From Malacoraja senta (Eukaryota), in assembly GCA_038087875.1 (NCBI GenBank), contig CM075996.1, forward strand, positions 2,172,001-2,236,000: DNA of 64,000 nt, read 5' to 3'. Positions 8,529 to 21,300 of the stretch are shown here, piece after piece (the stretch's first letter is position 1; each line of letters opens with the position of its first letter). A program made the translations under genes and the position numbers. The notes beneath the pieces were generated by a model. That model did not search any database, was not told the origin of the DNA, and saw nothing but the letters and a program-made list of their open reading frames with translations.

Positions 8529-10845
8529 GGACTGAGATGACCGGACTCGGGCGTTCTCTCGGCGAGTCTTGCTTCGTGCTGCGTCCACCATCTCTATAGC
8601 TAGTCCTTTGGTCAATCCGTCACTCGCTGCCCTTGCCGTGAACAAGCCCTCAGCGGTCCAAGCTGCTACAGCCCCCAACCCTCCCCCCCCCCGGCTGCTC
8701 GTCGCAAGGACCGAAGATGGAGGAGCGGTCACCGGTGAACCCGCTGACAGGCCAGGAGCTCGCTCCACCGCCCGGCCAACCGTTGCCGCAAGGACTGGAC
8801 CGCTTGACCATGCGGCTGGAACAGTCCAATGGCGAGAACTGCCAACGGCCACCGCTCGGAGGAGGAGCCGGTCTTCTCATTGAAACATAAAATAATAGGT
8901 GCAGGAGTAGGCCATTCGGCCCTTCGAGCCAGCAATATGCTAGTGGCTGATCATCCAGAAATCAGTACCCCGTCCTGCTTTCTCCCCATATCCCTTGATT
9001 CCGTTAGCCCTAAGAGCTAAATCTAACTCTCTCTTGAAAACATCCAGTGAATTGGCCTCCACTGCCTTCTGTGACGGAGAATTCCACAGATTCCAACCCC
9101 ACCCTGTCCCAGGCAATGGGATAGGTCCGAGGGCCAGCATCGTGCGATGGGCCGAATGATCACCTTCTGAAATCTCCCGCTCTGAAAACAGAAGGTCACC
9201 ACTCGCTGCCCAACTCTTCCCCCGCGGAGCATCACGGACACAGAAGCTGACCATTCGGCCCATCTTCTGGTGATGTAGGGGAGAGCATCTTTGACTGTGG
9301 CTGCCTGGTATCGGCCCGAACGTCGCCCATTCCTTCTCTCCAGAGACGCTGCCTGTCCCGCTGAGTTAGGCCAGCATTTTTGTGTCTATCTTCGTGCCCT
9401 TGTTACTGACCCGCTGGAGGGCTGCTGTTTGCCTGAGGCGTTGCTTCCTTGCTGGCAAAGGATCACTCGAAACAAAAAAGAATTGCACTGAAGATATTTT
9501 ATCTGTGGACTTTGTTCGGCTGAGCTGTAATATTTTTGTTTTGTTATCGTTCTTGTATCTGCGGTTGTTTAGCCTGGCACGCCAACTATCACTCCCCCCC
9601 CCCCCCCCCCCCTGCTGGCCAGGAGTTACTCCAGTACTTTGTGTCTTGTCTTCGGCTTAAACCAGCATCTGCAGTTCCTTCCTGCACGTTGAAAGGAGAG
9701 GCTGCGTCGGGTGGGGGGGTTTGGGATGGTTTGAGATGGACAAGGTCTGGTGGGACGGCATCTCATCTTGGCACAGGCGGTGGTTGGCAACAGGGCTGTG
9801 GAGGAGTGAGAAATGGGCACCAGCGATGGGAAGTGCAGGAAAAGGGAATTCGATGCGTCTCTAATGTCCACCAACATTAGAGACGCATCATGGAAACAGG
9901 CCCTTCGGCCCAGCGAGTCCATGCCGACCAGCAATCGCCCCACACACGAGCACTCACCTACACGCACTCGGGACAATTTACAATTTTACCCAAGCCAATT
10001 AACTTGCAAACCTCCGCGTCTTGGAGTGTGGGAGGGAACGGGAGCGCCCGGAGAAAAACCCACGCGGGTCATGGGGGGAAACGTACAGACTCCGTAAAGG
10101 CAGCACCCGTAGTCAGGATCGAACGGGGTCTCTGGCGCTGTGAGGCAGCAACTCTACCCGCTGCCAGAGGTAGGGAAAGGAAGCTAGTACTGGTAGCCAG
10201 CTCTCCTCTCCCTTCATCCTGTCATTCCACTCGAGACCCTCGGTGTACCACCTCAACCCAATCTCCCCAACGCACGACCATGCATCTTGCCATTGGCAGT
10301 GTTAGCATTGGGAACTCGAAGCGACACTCATAAACTAACCCGTGTCCCCACACTAGGGGTTGCCAACTTCCTCGCTCCCAAATAAGGATCAAAAAGGTCA
10401 AAGTACGGGACAAATTCCCCCACGGCAGTTCGTTGAGCCACTCGACCCGTGGCTGGGTGAATGATGAGTTGGCCCCGGTGCTGGTCTGCACACAAAGCCC
10501 AGCCGGCGGGGGCCAGCTGAGGAGTTTTGGGCCAGGCGCGACGTTCAACTCATGAACCCGATGATCGGCCATGAGAAGGAGGGGCGGTGGTGGTGTTGGG
10601 CTAAACAAACCAATTTTAGCCCAATACACGGGATGTCCCGGCTAATACGGGACAGTTGGCAACCCTAGCCCCACACACACACATTGGATAGAAAGCCGTG
10701 TGCCTTTGTATGTATCAGTAGGTACTGTGTACTTAATGGGACCTTACTTAGTATGTTAATGTCTGCATAGCCTCGTGTCGCGATGATGTGGCTTGGAAAA
10801 CATATTTATTACCTCCTTAAAATAAAAGCAAATTTTTAATAATGG
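8529..10845 (+). other. FLT3LG: Putative terminal (3'UTR) exon of the FLT3LG-like gene, with poly(A) signal AATAAA at 10821-10826
   Basis: Acceptor tgtttctccttgttgcag| at 8528 (an alternative AG lies at 8500), unique GC-rich sequence 8529-8880, then repeats. An AT-rich UTR-like segment ends in AATAAA followed by a T/GT-rich stretch. The 3' end is inferred. Confidence 0.45.
10354..10668. mobile_element. hAT-like MITE with TIRs TAGGG(G)TTGCCAACT...AGTTGGCAACCCTAG
   Basis: Terminal inverted repeats, with the 8-mer ccccacac on both sides (10346-10353, 10669-10676). Partial opposite-orientation copies at ~16845-17038 and ~54088-54240. Confidence 0.75.
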
Positions 10846-12737
10846 TCGATTCTTTTCTGTGTGCAGGTAAACCTTATTGGTGTCTGTTTGGGCTGTGCTT
10901 GTGAAGCAATCCGAACCTTAACTGGGATGTAATGCTGGAGGCTCTATAAGGCGCTGGTCAGGCTGCATTTGGAGTATTGTGAGCAATTTTGTGGCAATCT
11001 TGTGTGGAAGGATGTGCTGGCCCTCGGAGAGGGTCCAGAGGAGTTACGAGAATTATCCCAGGAATGAGTGGGTTAACATATCGGGGATGAGCGTTTGACG
11101 GCACCAGGCCTGTTCTCGCTGGGGTTTAGAAGGATGAGGGAGGGGGGAGACCTCATTGAAACTTACCGAATAGTGAAAGGCCTGGATAGAGTGGTCAAGT
11201 TTATTCGTCACATACGAAAACAGATGTGCAGTGAAATGAAACATAGAAACATAGAAACATAGAAAATAGGTGCAGGAGTTGGCCATTCGGCCCTTCGAGC
11301 CTGCACCGCCATTCATTGTGATCATGGCTGATCATCCAACTCAGTATCCCCGTACCTGCCTTTCTCTCCATACCTCCTGATCCTTTAGCCACAAGGGCCA
11401 CATCTAACTCCTCTTAAATATAGCCAATGAACTGGCCTCAACTACCCTCTGTGGGTAAAAGTGGCAATGCTCGCGAATTGTGCAAAAAAAACTACAAAAC
11501 AGAATGGAACAGAATCACATAATACATATTTGTGGGAGGGGAAAAAAGAGAAAAAAACAGCAATTTAAAAAGACACCACCCAACAGGAAAATTGGTCCCG
11601 TGCGTTAGTCCCTGGTCCTAATGGCCTCTGGATGTGGAGAGGATGTTTTCACTCGTGGGAGAGTCTAGGACCAAGGGTCGTAGGCTCGGAATTTAGCTTA
11701 GTTTAGAGATACAGCGTGGAAACAGGCCCCTTCGGCCCACGGAGACACACCGACCAGCGATCCCCGCACACTAACACTGTCCTACACACACTAGGGACAA
11801 TTTTACACTTATCTCAAGCCAATTAACGTCTATTGTCTATTGTGTGAATGCAAGACTGCATGTGTGTGTGTGTGGATTAAAGAATGAGTGTGTGGGAGAG
11901 AGTGTGACAGAGAAATGTGTGTGTGTGGGTGTGCGACTGTGCACATCCAAGAATGCGTGCGTGAGAGAATACGCGTGCGAGAGAGTGAGCGAGCAGTGTG
12001 TGTGAGGCAGAGAATGTATGCAGGTGTAGAGTGAGTTAGAAAGTATGTTTGAGAGAGCGCGAGTGTGAGAGAAAGTGTATGTGCTAAGATGTGTATGTGT
12101 GTCAGGTGTGAGAGGGAGAGAGAGTGATTGTGTAGGAAGGAACTGCAGATGCTGGTTCATACAGAAGATAGACACAAAAAGCTGGAGTAACTCAGCGGGA
12201 CAGGCAGCGTCTCTGGAGAGAAGGAATGGGTGACTCCTTCGAGTCTGAAGAAGGGGTCTCGACCCGAAACGTCACCCATTCCTTCTCTCCTGAGATGCTG
12301 CCTGTCCCGCTGAGTTACTCCAGCACTCTTGTGTCTACCTTCGGTGAGAGTGAGTGTTGCTAATTGCAAATGCCTCGACATTGATGAACGGGGCTGAAGT
12401 GACTCAGATAAGCCCCAGAGGCAGGATGTTGGCTGAGGATGTGAGCTGACTGCTGCTTGTAGGGGCTTTTCGGAGGGACTGTTCCAGATCAATGCAACTA
12501 ATGATGAAAGGGTTGTAGAGAAGGGGGGGGGGGGCGTGCGTTACTAACCAGAGAATGATGACCTCAGCCCAATTGGGCAATCCCAGCACAAATTAGCAAG
12601 TGAGCTGTCCCCCACAAGTCAATCTTGCCTTCTCCTGAGATGCCAGCAAATGAATTGTTGGACTGAATCCAGTGTCAACGTGGAGCCCAGCAAATATGTT
12701 CAGTTTAGTTTAGTTTAGTTCAGTCAGAAACATAGAA

Positions 12738-13335
12738 AACCCTTCTGCAGTTGTACAGGGCCCTAGTGAGACCACACCTGGTGTATTGTGTGCAGTTTTG
12801 GTCCCCTAATTTGAGGAAGGACATTCTTGCTATTGAGGGAGTGCAGCGTAGGTTTACAATGTTAATTCCCGGGATGGCAGGACTGTCATATGCTGAGAGA
12901 ATGGAGCGGCTGGGCTTGTACACTCTGGAGTTTAGAAGGATGAGAGGGTATCTCATTGAAACATATAAGATTGTTAAGGGCTTGGACACGCTAGAGGCAG
13001 GAAACATGTTCCCGATGTTGGGGGAGTCCAGAACCAGGGGCCACACAGTTTAAGAATAAGGAGTAAGCCATTTAGAACGGAGACGAGGAAACATTTTTTC
13101 TCACAGAGAGCGGTGAGTCTGTGGAATTCTCTGCCTCAGAGGGCGGTGGAGGCAGTTCTCTGGATGCTTTCAAGGGAGAGCTAGATAGGGCTCTTAAAGA
13201 TAGCGGAGTCCAGGGGATATGAGGAGAAGGCAGGACGGGATACCTGATTGGGGATGATCAGCCATGATCACATTGAATGGCGGTGCTGGCTCCAAGGGCC
13301 TACTCCTGCACCTATTGTCTATTGTCTATTGTCTA
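12738..13335 (+). mobile_element. CR1 (HER1-type) LINE 3' fragment
   Basis: ORF2 C-terminus YRALVRPHLVYCVQFWSP..., then 3'UTR gatcagccatgatc...cctactcctgcacc and a (ctattgt)n tail. Confidence 0.9.
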
Positions 13336-13571
13336 TAAAATAGGTGCAGGAGTAGGCCATTCGGCCCTTCGAGCCAGCACCGCCATTCAATGTGATCAAT
13401 CAATCGATCAAATACTTTGTTGTCATTCAAAAATACACCAACAGGTGCAGGTCTGAACGAAATTTCGTTGCTTCTGGCTCACGGTGCAACATAAAACAAC
13501 AAAAGGATAAAAATATCAAATAGATAAAATTGATAAAATAGATGAAATTGATAAAATGATCATAGCTGATC

Positions 13572-16500
13572 AATCAAGAAGGCAAGATGGTGGCGCACAC
13601 AGTTGCAGCGGCTAAATGTTCTCCCGGTCGGTGTTTTGTGTTTTTTGTGTTCGCACATGTTGTCCTGCATACTTACTGTCGGGCGAACAACGTCTATAGC
13701 AAGCATGATCTTCTTAGGATTGGAGCTGGTCGCCAGCGGAGTGTGACAGCCGAGTTTGTCCGTTTACATAGGATCCCGGTGGACATAGCGAGGAGCCCCG
13801 GCTCTCCGTGGATTACCATCCCAGCGGGGAGGAGGCGAAGGCGGCGCAGAGAGAGAAGGAAAAAGCGAGGCTGCAGGGCCGGGCGAGCTAGCCAGGCTAC
13901 GGAGGCAGCCACTCAAACCACCGCTTCCCAGCCTGTTTCTCACCGACGCCAGATCCCTCACTAACACGATGGATGAACTGAGGCTACAAACTGCAACTAA
14001 CAACGCCGTGAAGGACAGCTGCATTCTGTTGATAATGGAGACATGGCTTCGTTTCACTCATTCCGGACTCTGCTATCGAGCTAGCAGGCTACACCGCACA
14101 GTGTCATGACAGGACAAGAGACTCCGGTAAGAGCAGAGAGGAGGGCTCTGTGTTGTACGTGAACAATAACTGGTGTACTAACACAGTGATTGTAGACAGT
14201 CATTGCTCCCCGGACCTGGAGTATGTGACTGTTAAATGCAGGCCCATTTATCTCCCTAGAGAGTTTACTGTCATGATAACTGTGGTATACATACCACCGG
14301 ATGCTAATGCAAACTCGGCTATCGGACAATTGTATGGTAGCACTAGCAGCCAGCAGAGCACATATCCTGACGGTGTTCACATCATAGCAGGGGACTTTAA
14401 TCACGCGGACTTGAAGGCAATGCTCCCCAAATTCTATCAGCATGTTAAATGTGCTACAAGAGGAGCTAACACACTGGACAAGGTCTACTCCAACATCAAG
14501 CTGGGCTACAGGGCTAGACTACTACCACACCTGGGCCAGTCTGACCATATGTCCCTGCTTTTAATTCCTGCATATGCCCCCCTCAGGAAAACTGCTCCTA
14601 CCATCACAAAGACCATCACAACTTGGCCTGATGGTGCCTCTCAGCAGCTGCAGGACTGCTTCGACAGGACCAACTGGGATGTGTTTGAACACCAGGACCT
14701 GGAGGTGTTCACAGACAGTGTACTATGTTACATTAAAAACTGCATGGACCCTGTCACAGTGGACAAACGCATCCGGGTCTACCCCAACCAGAAGCCCTGG
14801 ATGACCAGGGAGGTCCAGTGGCTGTTAAAAGAGAGGAACACCGTTTTTAGGTCTGGCGATAGGGCTTTATACAGCATGGCCCGAGCTAACCTGAAGAGAG
14901 TCATCAGAGAGGCCAAATCAGACTACAGAAGGAGGATAGAGGACCACCTGGACAGTAACAACAGCAGGCAGGTGTGGCAGGGGATCCAGTATCTCACCAA
15001 CTACAAGACCAACCTTGGAGCTGCTGAAGGTGACGCCTCGTTGGCAGAGGAGCTGAACCTCTTCTTTGCTCGCTTTGAAGCGGAGCCACCAGAGACAGCC
15101 ATATCACACCACATGGTCCACAGCAGCTTATCCCTCAAAATAGAGGAGCATGAGGTGAGGCGCACGCTGCGTGCCATCAATCCGAGGAAGGCTGCTGGAC
15201 CCAACGGCGTTTCTGTTGCTGAAGGACTGCGCAGACCAGCTGGCTGGAGTCTTTACGAGGATTTTCAACCAGTCTCTGGCCCAGTCCACTGTCCCACCCT
15301 GTCTGACGTCCTCCACCATAGTCCCTTGCCCAAAAAAACCACATTTCCAGCCTCAACGACTACCGGCCAGTCGCACTCACACCAGTGGTGATGAAGTGCT
15401 TTGAAAAACTGGTCCGGGGTCACATCACATCACTCCTGCCCCGAAGCTTTGACCCCCACCAGTTTGCGTATAGAGCGAACAGATCCACAGAGGATGCTGT
15501 AGCCACAGCCCTCCATGCTGCACTGTCCCACCTGGAGCAGCGGGGGAGCTACGTGCGGATGGTCTTTGTGGACTACAGCTCTGCTTTTAACACCATCCTT
15601 CCCCACAAACTGGTGGACAAACTGGGGGACCTGGGACTTCCACACTCCACCTGCATGTGGATAAAGAGCTTCCTGTCGGGTCGCAGTCAGAGAGTCAGAG
15701 TGGGCCGTCACACATCTACGGCCCTCATCCTCAGTACCGGCTCTCCACAGGGCTGCATGCTGAGCCCCCTGCTTTACACCATCTACACATATGACTGCAC
15801 CCCCGCCCACCACAGTAACACCATTGTCAAATTCGCGGATGACACCACGGTGGTGGGGCTCATCTCTGGGGGGGATGAGTACGCCTACAGGGATGAGGTG
15901 GAGCAGCTGACAGGGTGGTGTGGAGAAAATAACCTGCTCCTCAACACCTCAAAGACCAAGGAGCTCATAATTGACTATAGGAAGAAGAAAACGGACATTA
16001 CACCACTAATCATCGATGGGGACTGTGTGGAAAGGGTGGCGGATTTCCGCTTCCTGGGAATCCACATTGAGGAGGACCTGACTTGGAGCGTGAACACCTC
16101 TGCGCTGCTGAAAAAGGTCCAGCAGAGACTGTACTTCCTGAGGGTGCTCAGGAAGAACAACATCACCCAGAGACTGCTGCTGTCCTTTTATCGGTGCTCA
16201 ATAGAGAGCATCTTAACATACTGTGTATGCGTGTGGTACACCAGCTGCACAGCGGCTAAGAGGGAAAGCGCTCCAGAGGGCTATTGACAACGCCCAGAAG
16301 ATTATCGGCTGCCCTCTCCTCACCTTGGAGGACCTACACAGTTCCCACTGTCTCAAAAATCCCAGAAGATGATAAAGGACATTTTCCACCCCGGTCACTC
16401 CCTGTTTGAACTGCTGCCGTCAGGCAGACGGTACAGATCAATGAGGACAAGGACAAACAGACTCAAAAACTGTTTTTATCCCACAGCAATAAAAACACTT

Positions 16501-16712
16501 AATGTAGCCACCAAATGAGTACAGGTGTGCTACACATCAAAGGGACTGGGAAATCGACAGAAGAATGTGCTTTTTTTCATGTTATTTATTTTAGTTGTTT
16601 ATCTTAGACTTTTGCTCTAAGAAAATGTGTGCTCTGACTGGTTGGCATTTCGAATTTCATTGTACATGTTTACATGTTATAATGACAATAAAGTATTCAT
16701 TCATTCATTCAA
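13572..16712 (+). mobile_element. Near full-length Rex1/Babar-type non-LTR retrotransposon (APE endonuclease + RT), frameshifted
   Basis: Head caagatggtggcgc. Endonuclease motifs VYIPP, IAGDFN, GQSDH; RT motifs HQFAYR, DYSSAFNTI, GSPQG, KFADD. Tail aatgacaataaagta(ttca)n. The reading frame is split over ORFs 14150-15391, 15171-15404 and 15385-16287. Confidence 0.9.
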
Positions 16713-17369
16713 AATCAGTAGCATCAGCTGAGTTTCAGTCTAGTTTATTGCCACGTGTACCGAGGTACAGTGAAAAGCTTTTTGTTGCGTGCCAAATTGT
16801 CAGTGGAAAGACAATGCGTGATCACAATCAGTGTACAGATACAGACGGCCCCCGGGCCAAAACTCCTCAGCTAGCCCCCAGCCAGGCTGGGCTTTGTGTG
16901 CAGTCCAGCACCCAGGGCCAACTCATCATTCACCCAGCCAGCCAACGGCCGAGTCGCTCAACGAATTGCCGTGGGGAATTTGTCCCGTATTTTGACCTTT
17001 TGTCCCTTATTTGGGAGTGAGGAAGTTGGCCACCCTAGCCCGCAGATGCTGCCTGACCGGCTGAGTTCCTCCAGCATTTTGTGTTTTCTGTAACCATGGG
17101 AATTCTTCAGGGGAGCGGTCAACAGGTACCTTTGTTCAATGGCTGATGAGACAAGGTGCAGTTGTGAACAACTGCTGAGCTGGGTGGAAAGTCCCGAGGC
17201 AAGGTGTCGCTAAACAACACAGCACTCCCTCACTCTGGTAACTTGCGTGCTGGGAGTGGAAGACAAAGTGGGATAGACATACAACTAGTGTGTGAAGGGT
17301 GATTGATGGTTGGTGTGGACTCAATGGGCCAAAAGGCCTGTTTCCATGCTGTATGTCTAAACTAAACTA

Positions 17370-17752
17370 CACAATAGACAATAAACAATAGGTGCAGGAG
17401 TAGGCCATTAGGCACTTTGAGCCAGCACCGCCATTCAATGTGATCATGGCTGATCATCCCCAAATCAGTACCCCGTTCCTGCCTTCTCCCCATATCCCCG
17501 ACTCCGCTATCTTTAAGAGCCCTATCTTGCTCTCTCTTGAAAGCATCCAGAGAACCTGCCTCCACCGCCCTCTGAGGCAGAGAATTCCACAGACTCACCA
17601 CTCTCTGTGTGAAAAAGTGGTTTCCTCGTCTCCGTTCTAAATGGCTTACTCCTTATTCTTAAACTGTGTGTGTGGCCCCTGGTCTGGACTCCCCCCAACA
17701 TCGGGAACATGTTTCCTGCCTCTAGCGTGTCCAAGCCCTTAACAATCTTATA
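17370..17752 (-). mobile_element. CR1 LINE 3' fragment
   Basis: Reverse complement of the CR1 ORF2 C-terminus, 3'UTR and tail. Confidence 0.85.
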
Positions 17753-18039
17753 TGTTGGGAATGAGAGGGAACAAGAGGGAATGTGAACAAATGCCCCATA
17801 GAACGAATATCTGCTCCACGTGTGGGAGGAAGCCGGAGCCCTGGAGAAAACCCACGTGGTCACGGGGACAACGTACAAACCCCGTCCAGTTCTTTACTAA
17901 ACTGTGTAGGAAGGAACTGCAGATGCTGGTTTAAACCGAAGATAACACAACATGCTGGAGTAACTCAGAGGGACAGGCAGCATCTCTGGAGGGAAGGAAT
18001 GGGTGACGTTTCGGGTCGAGACCCTTCTTCAGAGTAGGA

Positions 18040-19090
18040 GTGAACAGAAGAGTAGGAGTGAACGGGTCCTTTCAGAATGGCAGGCAGTGGCAGAGTGGAG
18101 TGCCGCAAGGCTCGGTGTTGGGGCCGCAACTGGTTACCATATATATTAATGATTTGGAAGAGGGAATTAGGAGCAACGCTAGCAAGTTTGCGGATGACAC
18201 AAAGCTGGGTGGCAGTGTGAACTGTGAAGAGGATGTTAGGAGGTTGCAGGGTGACCTGGACAGGTTGAGTGAGTGGGCAGATGCGTGGCAGATGCAGTAT
18301 ATATAGATAAATGTGAGGTTATCCACTTTGGTGGCAAAAACAAGGGGGCAGATTAATATCTCAATGGGGTTAGATTAGGTAAGGGGGAGGTGCAGCGAGA
18401 CCTGGGTGTCCTTGTACACCAGTCACTGAAGTTGGCGAGCAGATACAGCAGGCAGTGAAGAAAGCTAATGGAATGTTGGCCTTCATAAACAAGAGGATTT
18501 CAGTATAGGAGTAAAGAGGTTCTTCTGCAGTTGTATATTGTGTACAGTTTTGGTTTCCTAATTTGAGGAAGGACATCCTTGTGATTGAGGGCAGTGCAGC
18601 GTAGGGTCACAAGATGATCCCTGGGATGGGCGGGGACTGTCATATGAGGGAAAGATGGAAAAGACTGGGCTTGTATTCACTGGAGTTTAGAAGGATGAGG
18701 GGGAATCTTATAGAAACATATAAAATTATAAAAGGACTGGACAAGCTAGATGCAGGAAAAAAGTTCCCAATGTTGGGCGAGTCCAGAACCAGGGGCCACA
18801 GTCTTAGAATAAAGGGGAGGCCATTTAAGACTGAGGTGAGAAAAAACTTTTTCACCCAGAGAGTTGTGAATTTGTTGAATTCCCTGCCACAGAGGGCAGT
18901 GGAGGCCAAGTCACTGGATGGATTTAAGAGAGAGTTAGATAGAGCTCTAGGGGCTAGTGGAGTCAAGGGATATGGGGAGAAGGCAGGCACGGGTTATTGA
19001 TTGGGGACGATCAGCCATGATCACAATGAATGGCGGTGCTGGGTCGAAGGGCCGAATGGCCTCCTCCTGCACCTATTTTCTATGTTACTA
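18040..19090 (+). mobile_element. CR1 LINE, 5'-truncated, degenerate RT and C-terminus
   Basis: [21 protein letters not shown] and ...GYGEKAGTGY followed by the 3'UTR and tail. Confidence 0.9.
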
Positions 19091-19472
19091 TGTTTCTCTC
19101 CAGAGATGCTGCCTGTCCTGCTGAGTTACTCCAGGCATTTTGTATCTATCTTTAATGAACTGTACAAGGTTACAATGGAGGAAGCTTAGATGTTCTTTCG
19201 AGGAGTGCTGGTTCGGTTGCTTACAGCACAGGTAGCATTCTCGCCCCTCGCTCAGACATGAAGGGACAGGCCTGGCAGCAAAGCCAACACCTGTGGGAAT
19301 ACACAAAAGTCACAAAACTGCTGGTGCGGGAAAACTTAAAATGATTAAGAAATACTGGAAAAACTTGGCAGGTCAGGACATATCTGAGTGATCACCTCTG
19401 ATAGACACAAAATGATGGAGTAACTCAGCGGGACAGGCAGCATCTTTGGAGAGAAGGAATGGGTGACGTTTC

Positions 19473-20235
19473 GGAGCACTGGTTTTTGATGATCAGCCAT
19501 GATCATATTGAATGGTGGTGCTGGCTCGAAGGGCCGAATGGCCTACTCCTGGACATGGATAGAAAGGTTGAGAGGGATATAGGCCATACGTGGGGAGATG
19601 GGAGTAGCCTAGAAAGGGCATCTTGGGTCAGCATGGATGAGAAGGGCTGAAGGGCCTGTTTCGTGACTGAAGAAGGGTTTCGGCCCGAAACGTTGCCTAT
19701 CTCCTTCGCTCCATAGATGCTGCTGCACCCGCTGAGTTTCTCCAGCATTTTTGTCTACCTTCTGTTTCGTGACTCGATGCCTCCAGTGTATTGGGTGACA
19801 TTTGCTCCATTCCATCACGCTAGTTTTTCCACGTTAGATATTGCAATACACTAATTTCTGACCAGGCCTGCTCTTCTTCCATGCTGTTCAAGTTTCACGT
19901 TGTCGACTAGAAGAGGCTGCACATCTGAAGAAGGGTCACGAAACAGAAGGTAGACAAAAATGCTGGAGAAACTCAGCGGGTGCAGCAGCATCTATGGAGC
20001 GAAGGAAATAGGCAACGTTTCGGGCCGAAACCCTTCTTCAATCATGAAACAGGCCCTTCAGCCCTTCTCATCCATGCTGACCCAAGATGCCCTTTCTAGG
20101 CTAGTCCCATCTCCCCACGTATGGCCTATATCCCTCTCAACCTTTCTATCCATGTCCAGGAGTAGGCCATTCGGCCCTTCGAGCCAGCACCACCATTCAA
20201 TATGATCATGGCTGATCATCAAAAATCAGTACTCC
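19473..20235. repeat. Inverted duplication with ~300-bp arms (19473-19773, 19935-20235) and a ~160-bp spacer
   Basis: The arms are near-identical reverse complements (compare ORFs 19503-19748 - and 19960-20205 +). Confidence 0.9.
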
Positions 20236-20989
20236 GTCCCTGCTTTCTCCCCCCCCCCCCCATATCCCTTGATTCCGTTAGCGCCCGGAGAAAACCCATG
20301 CGGCCACAGAGAGAACATGCAAACTCCACAAAGACAGCGCCAGAGTTTACTCCAAACTCAGTCCACCCCACGACAGAAGGGGGAGGAGTTGTAAAGTAAC
20401 AGGGGCAGAGTTAGGTCACACAGAAGGCGGTGGCTGCCAGGGGTGGTGGTGGAGGCAGATATACGATAGTGGTGTTTAAGAGACTTTTAGACAGGAGCGT
20501 GGATATGCAGGGAATGGAGGGAATGGAGGGGATACGGATCACACGCAGGCAGAGGGGATTAGTTTATCCTGGCATCATGTCCAGCACGGACATTGGGGGG
20601 CCGAAGGAAGGGCCTGTTCCTGTGCTGTTTCTGTTCCATGTTCTATGTTCTGCTGGTGGGGGGAGTAGATATGATCATTAATTTAGACACAAAATGCTGG
20701 AGTAACTCAGCGGGACAGGCAGCGTCTCTGGGGGAGAAGGAATGGGTGACGTTTCGGGTCCAGACCCTTCTTCCTGGTCTTTAATTTAGTTGGATTAAAG
20801 TACTGGACAAACAAATTATTAGCTCAGGGTGTTGGCAGATATATATATATACTATACTATATATATATTTTTAAAAAAAATTAGATCATCCTGATTCACT
20901 CTTGAGTAATAGCTAATCTTATCCGAGAAAAGCAAACAAAGTCCTCTCAAAGCAGGAAGTGGTTCTTGAGAGAGAAAATTCCGCACAGA

Positions 20990-21300
20990 TGGGGGAGGGG
21001 GGAGAGGGTGGGGGTGGGAGTGGGGGAGAGGAAGAGGGGGAGGGGGGAGAGGGGGTGGGGGGGAGGGGGGAGAGAGGGAGAGGGGGGGAGGGGAGAGGGG
21101 GATAGGGGGAGAGGGGGAGAGAGAGAGAGCGGTGGAGAGGGGGAGGGGGAGGGGGGGGAAGAGGGATTGGGGAGGGGGATTGGGGGGGAGGGTGGAGAGG
21201 AGGGGGTGGAGGGGGAGTAGGGGATGGGAATAGGGCCCATGGGAGGGGGAGAGGCGCGGGTATGGGTGGAGAGGTCATGGGGGGGGGGAGAGTGGATGGG
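20990..21300 (+). repeat. G-rich polypurine low-complexity tract
   Basis: Many G3-G7 runs separated by short A/T linkers. Confidence 0.9.

Noticed and set aside
7836..8883. HT-rich, CV-rich and GC-rich ORFs
   Set aside because: TG microsatellite and probable 3'UTR; they lie downstream of the stop at 7552.
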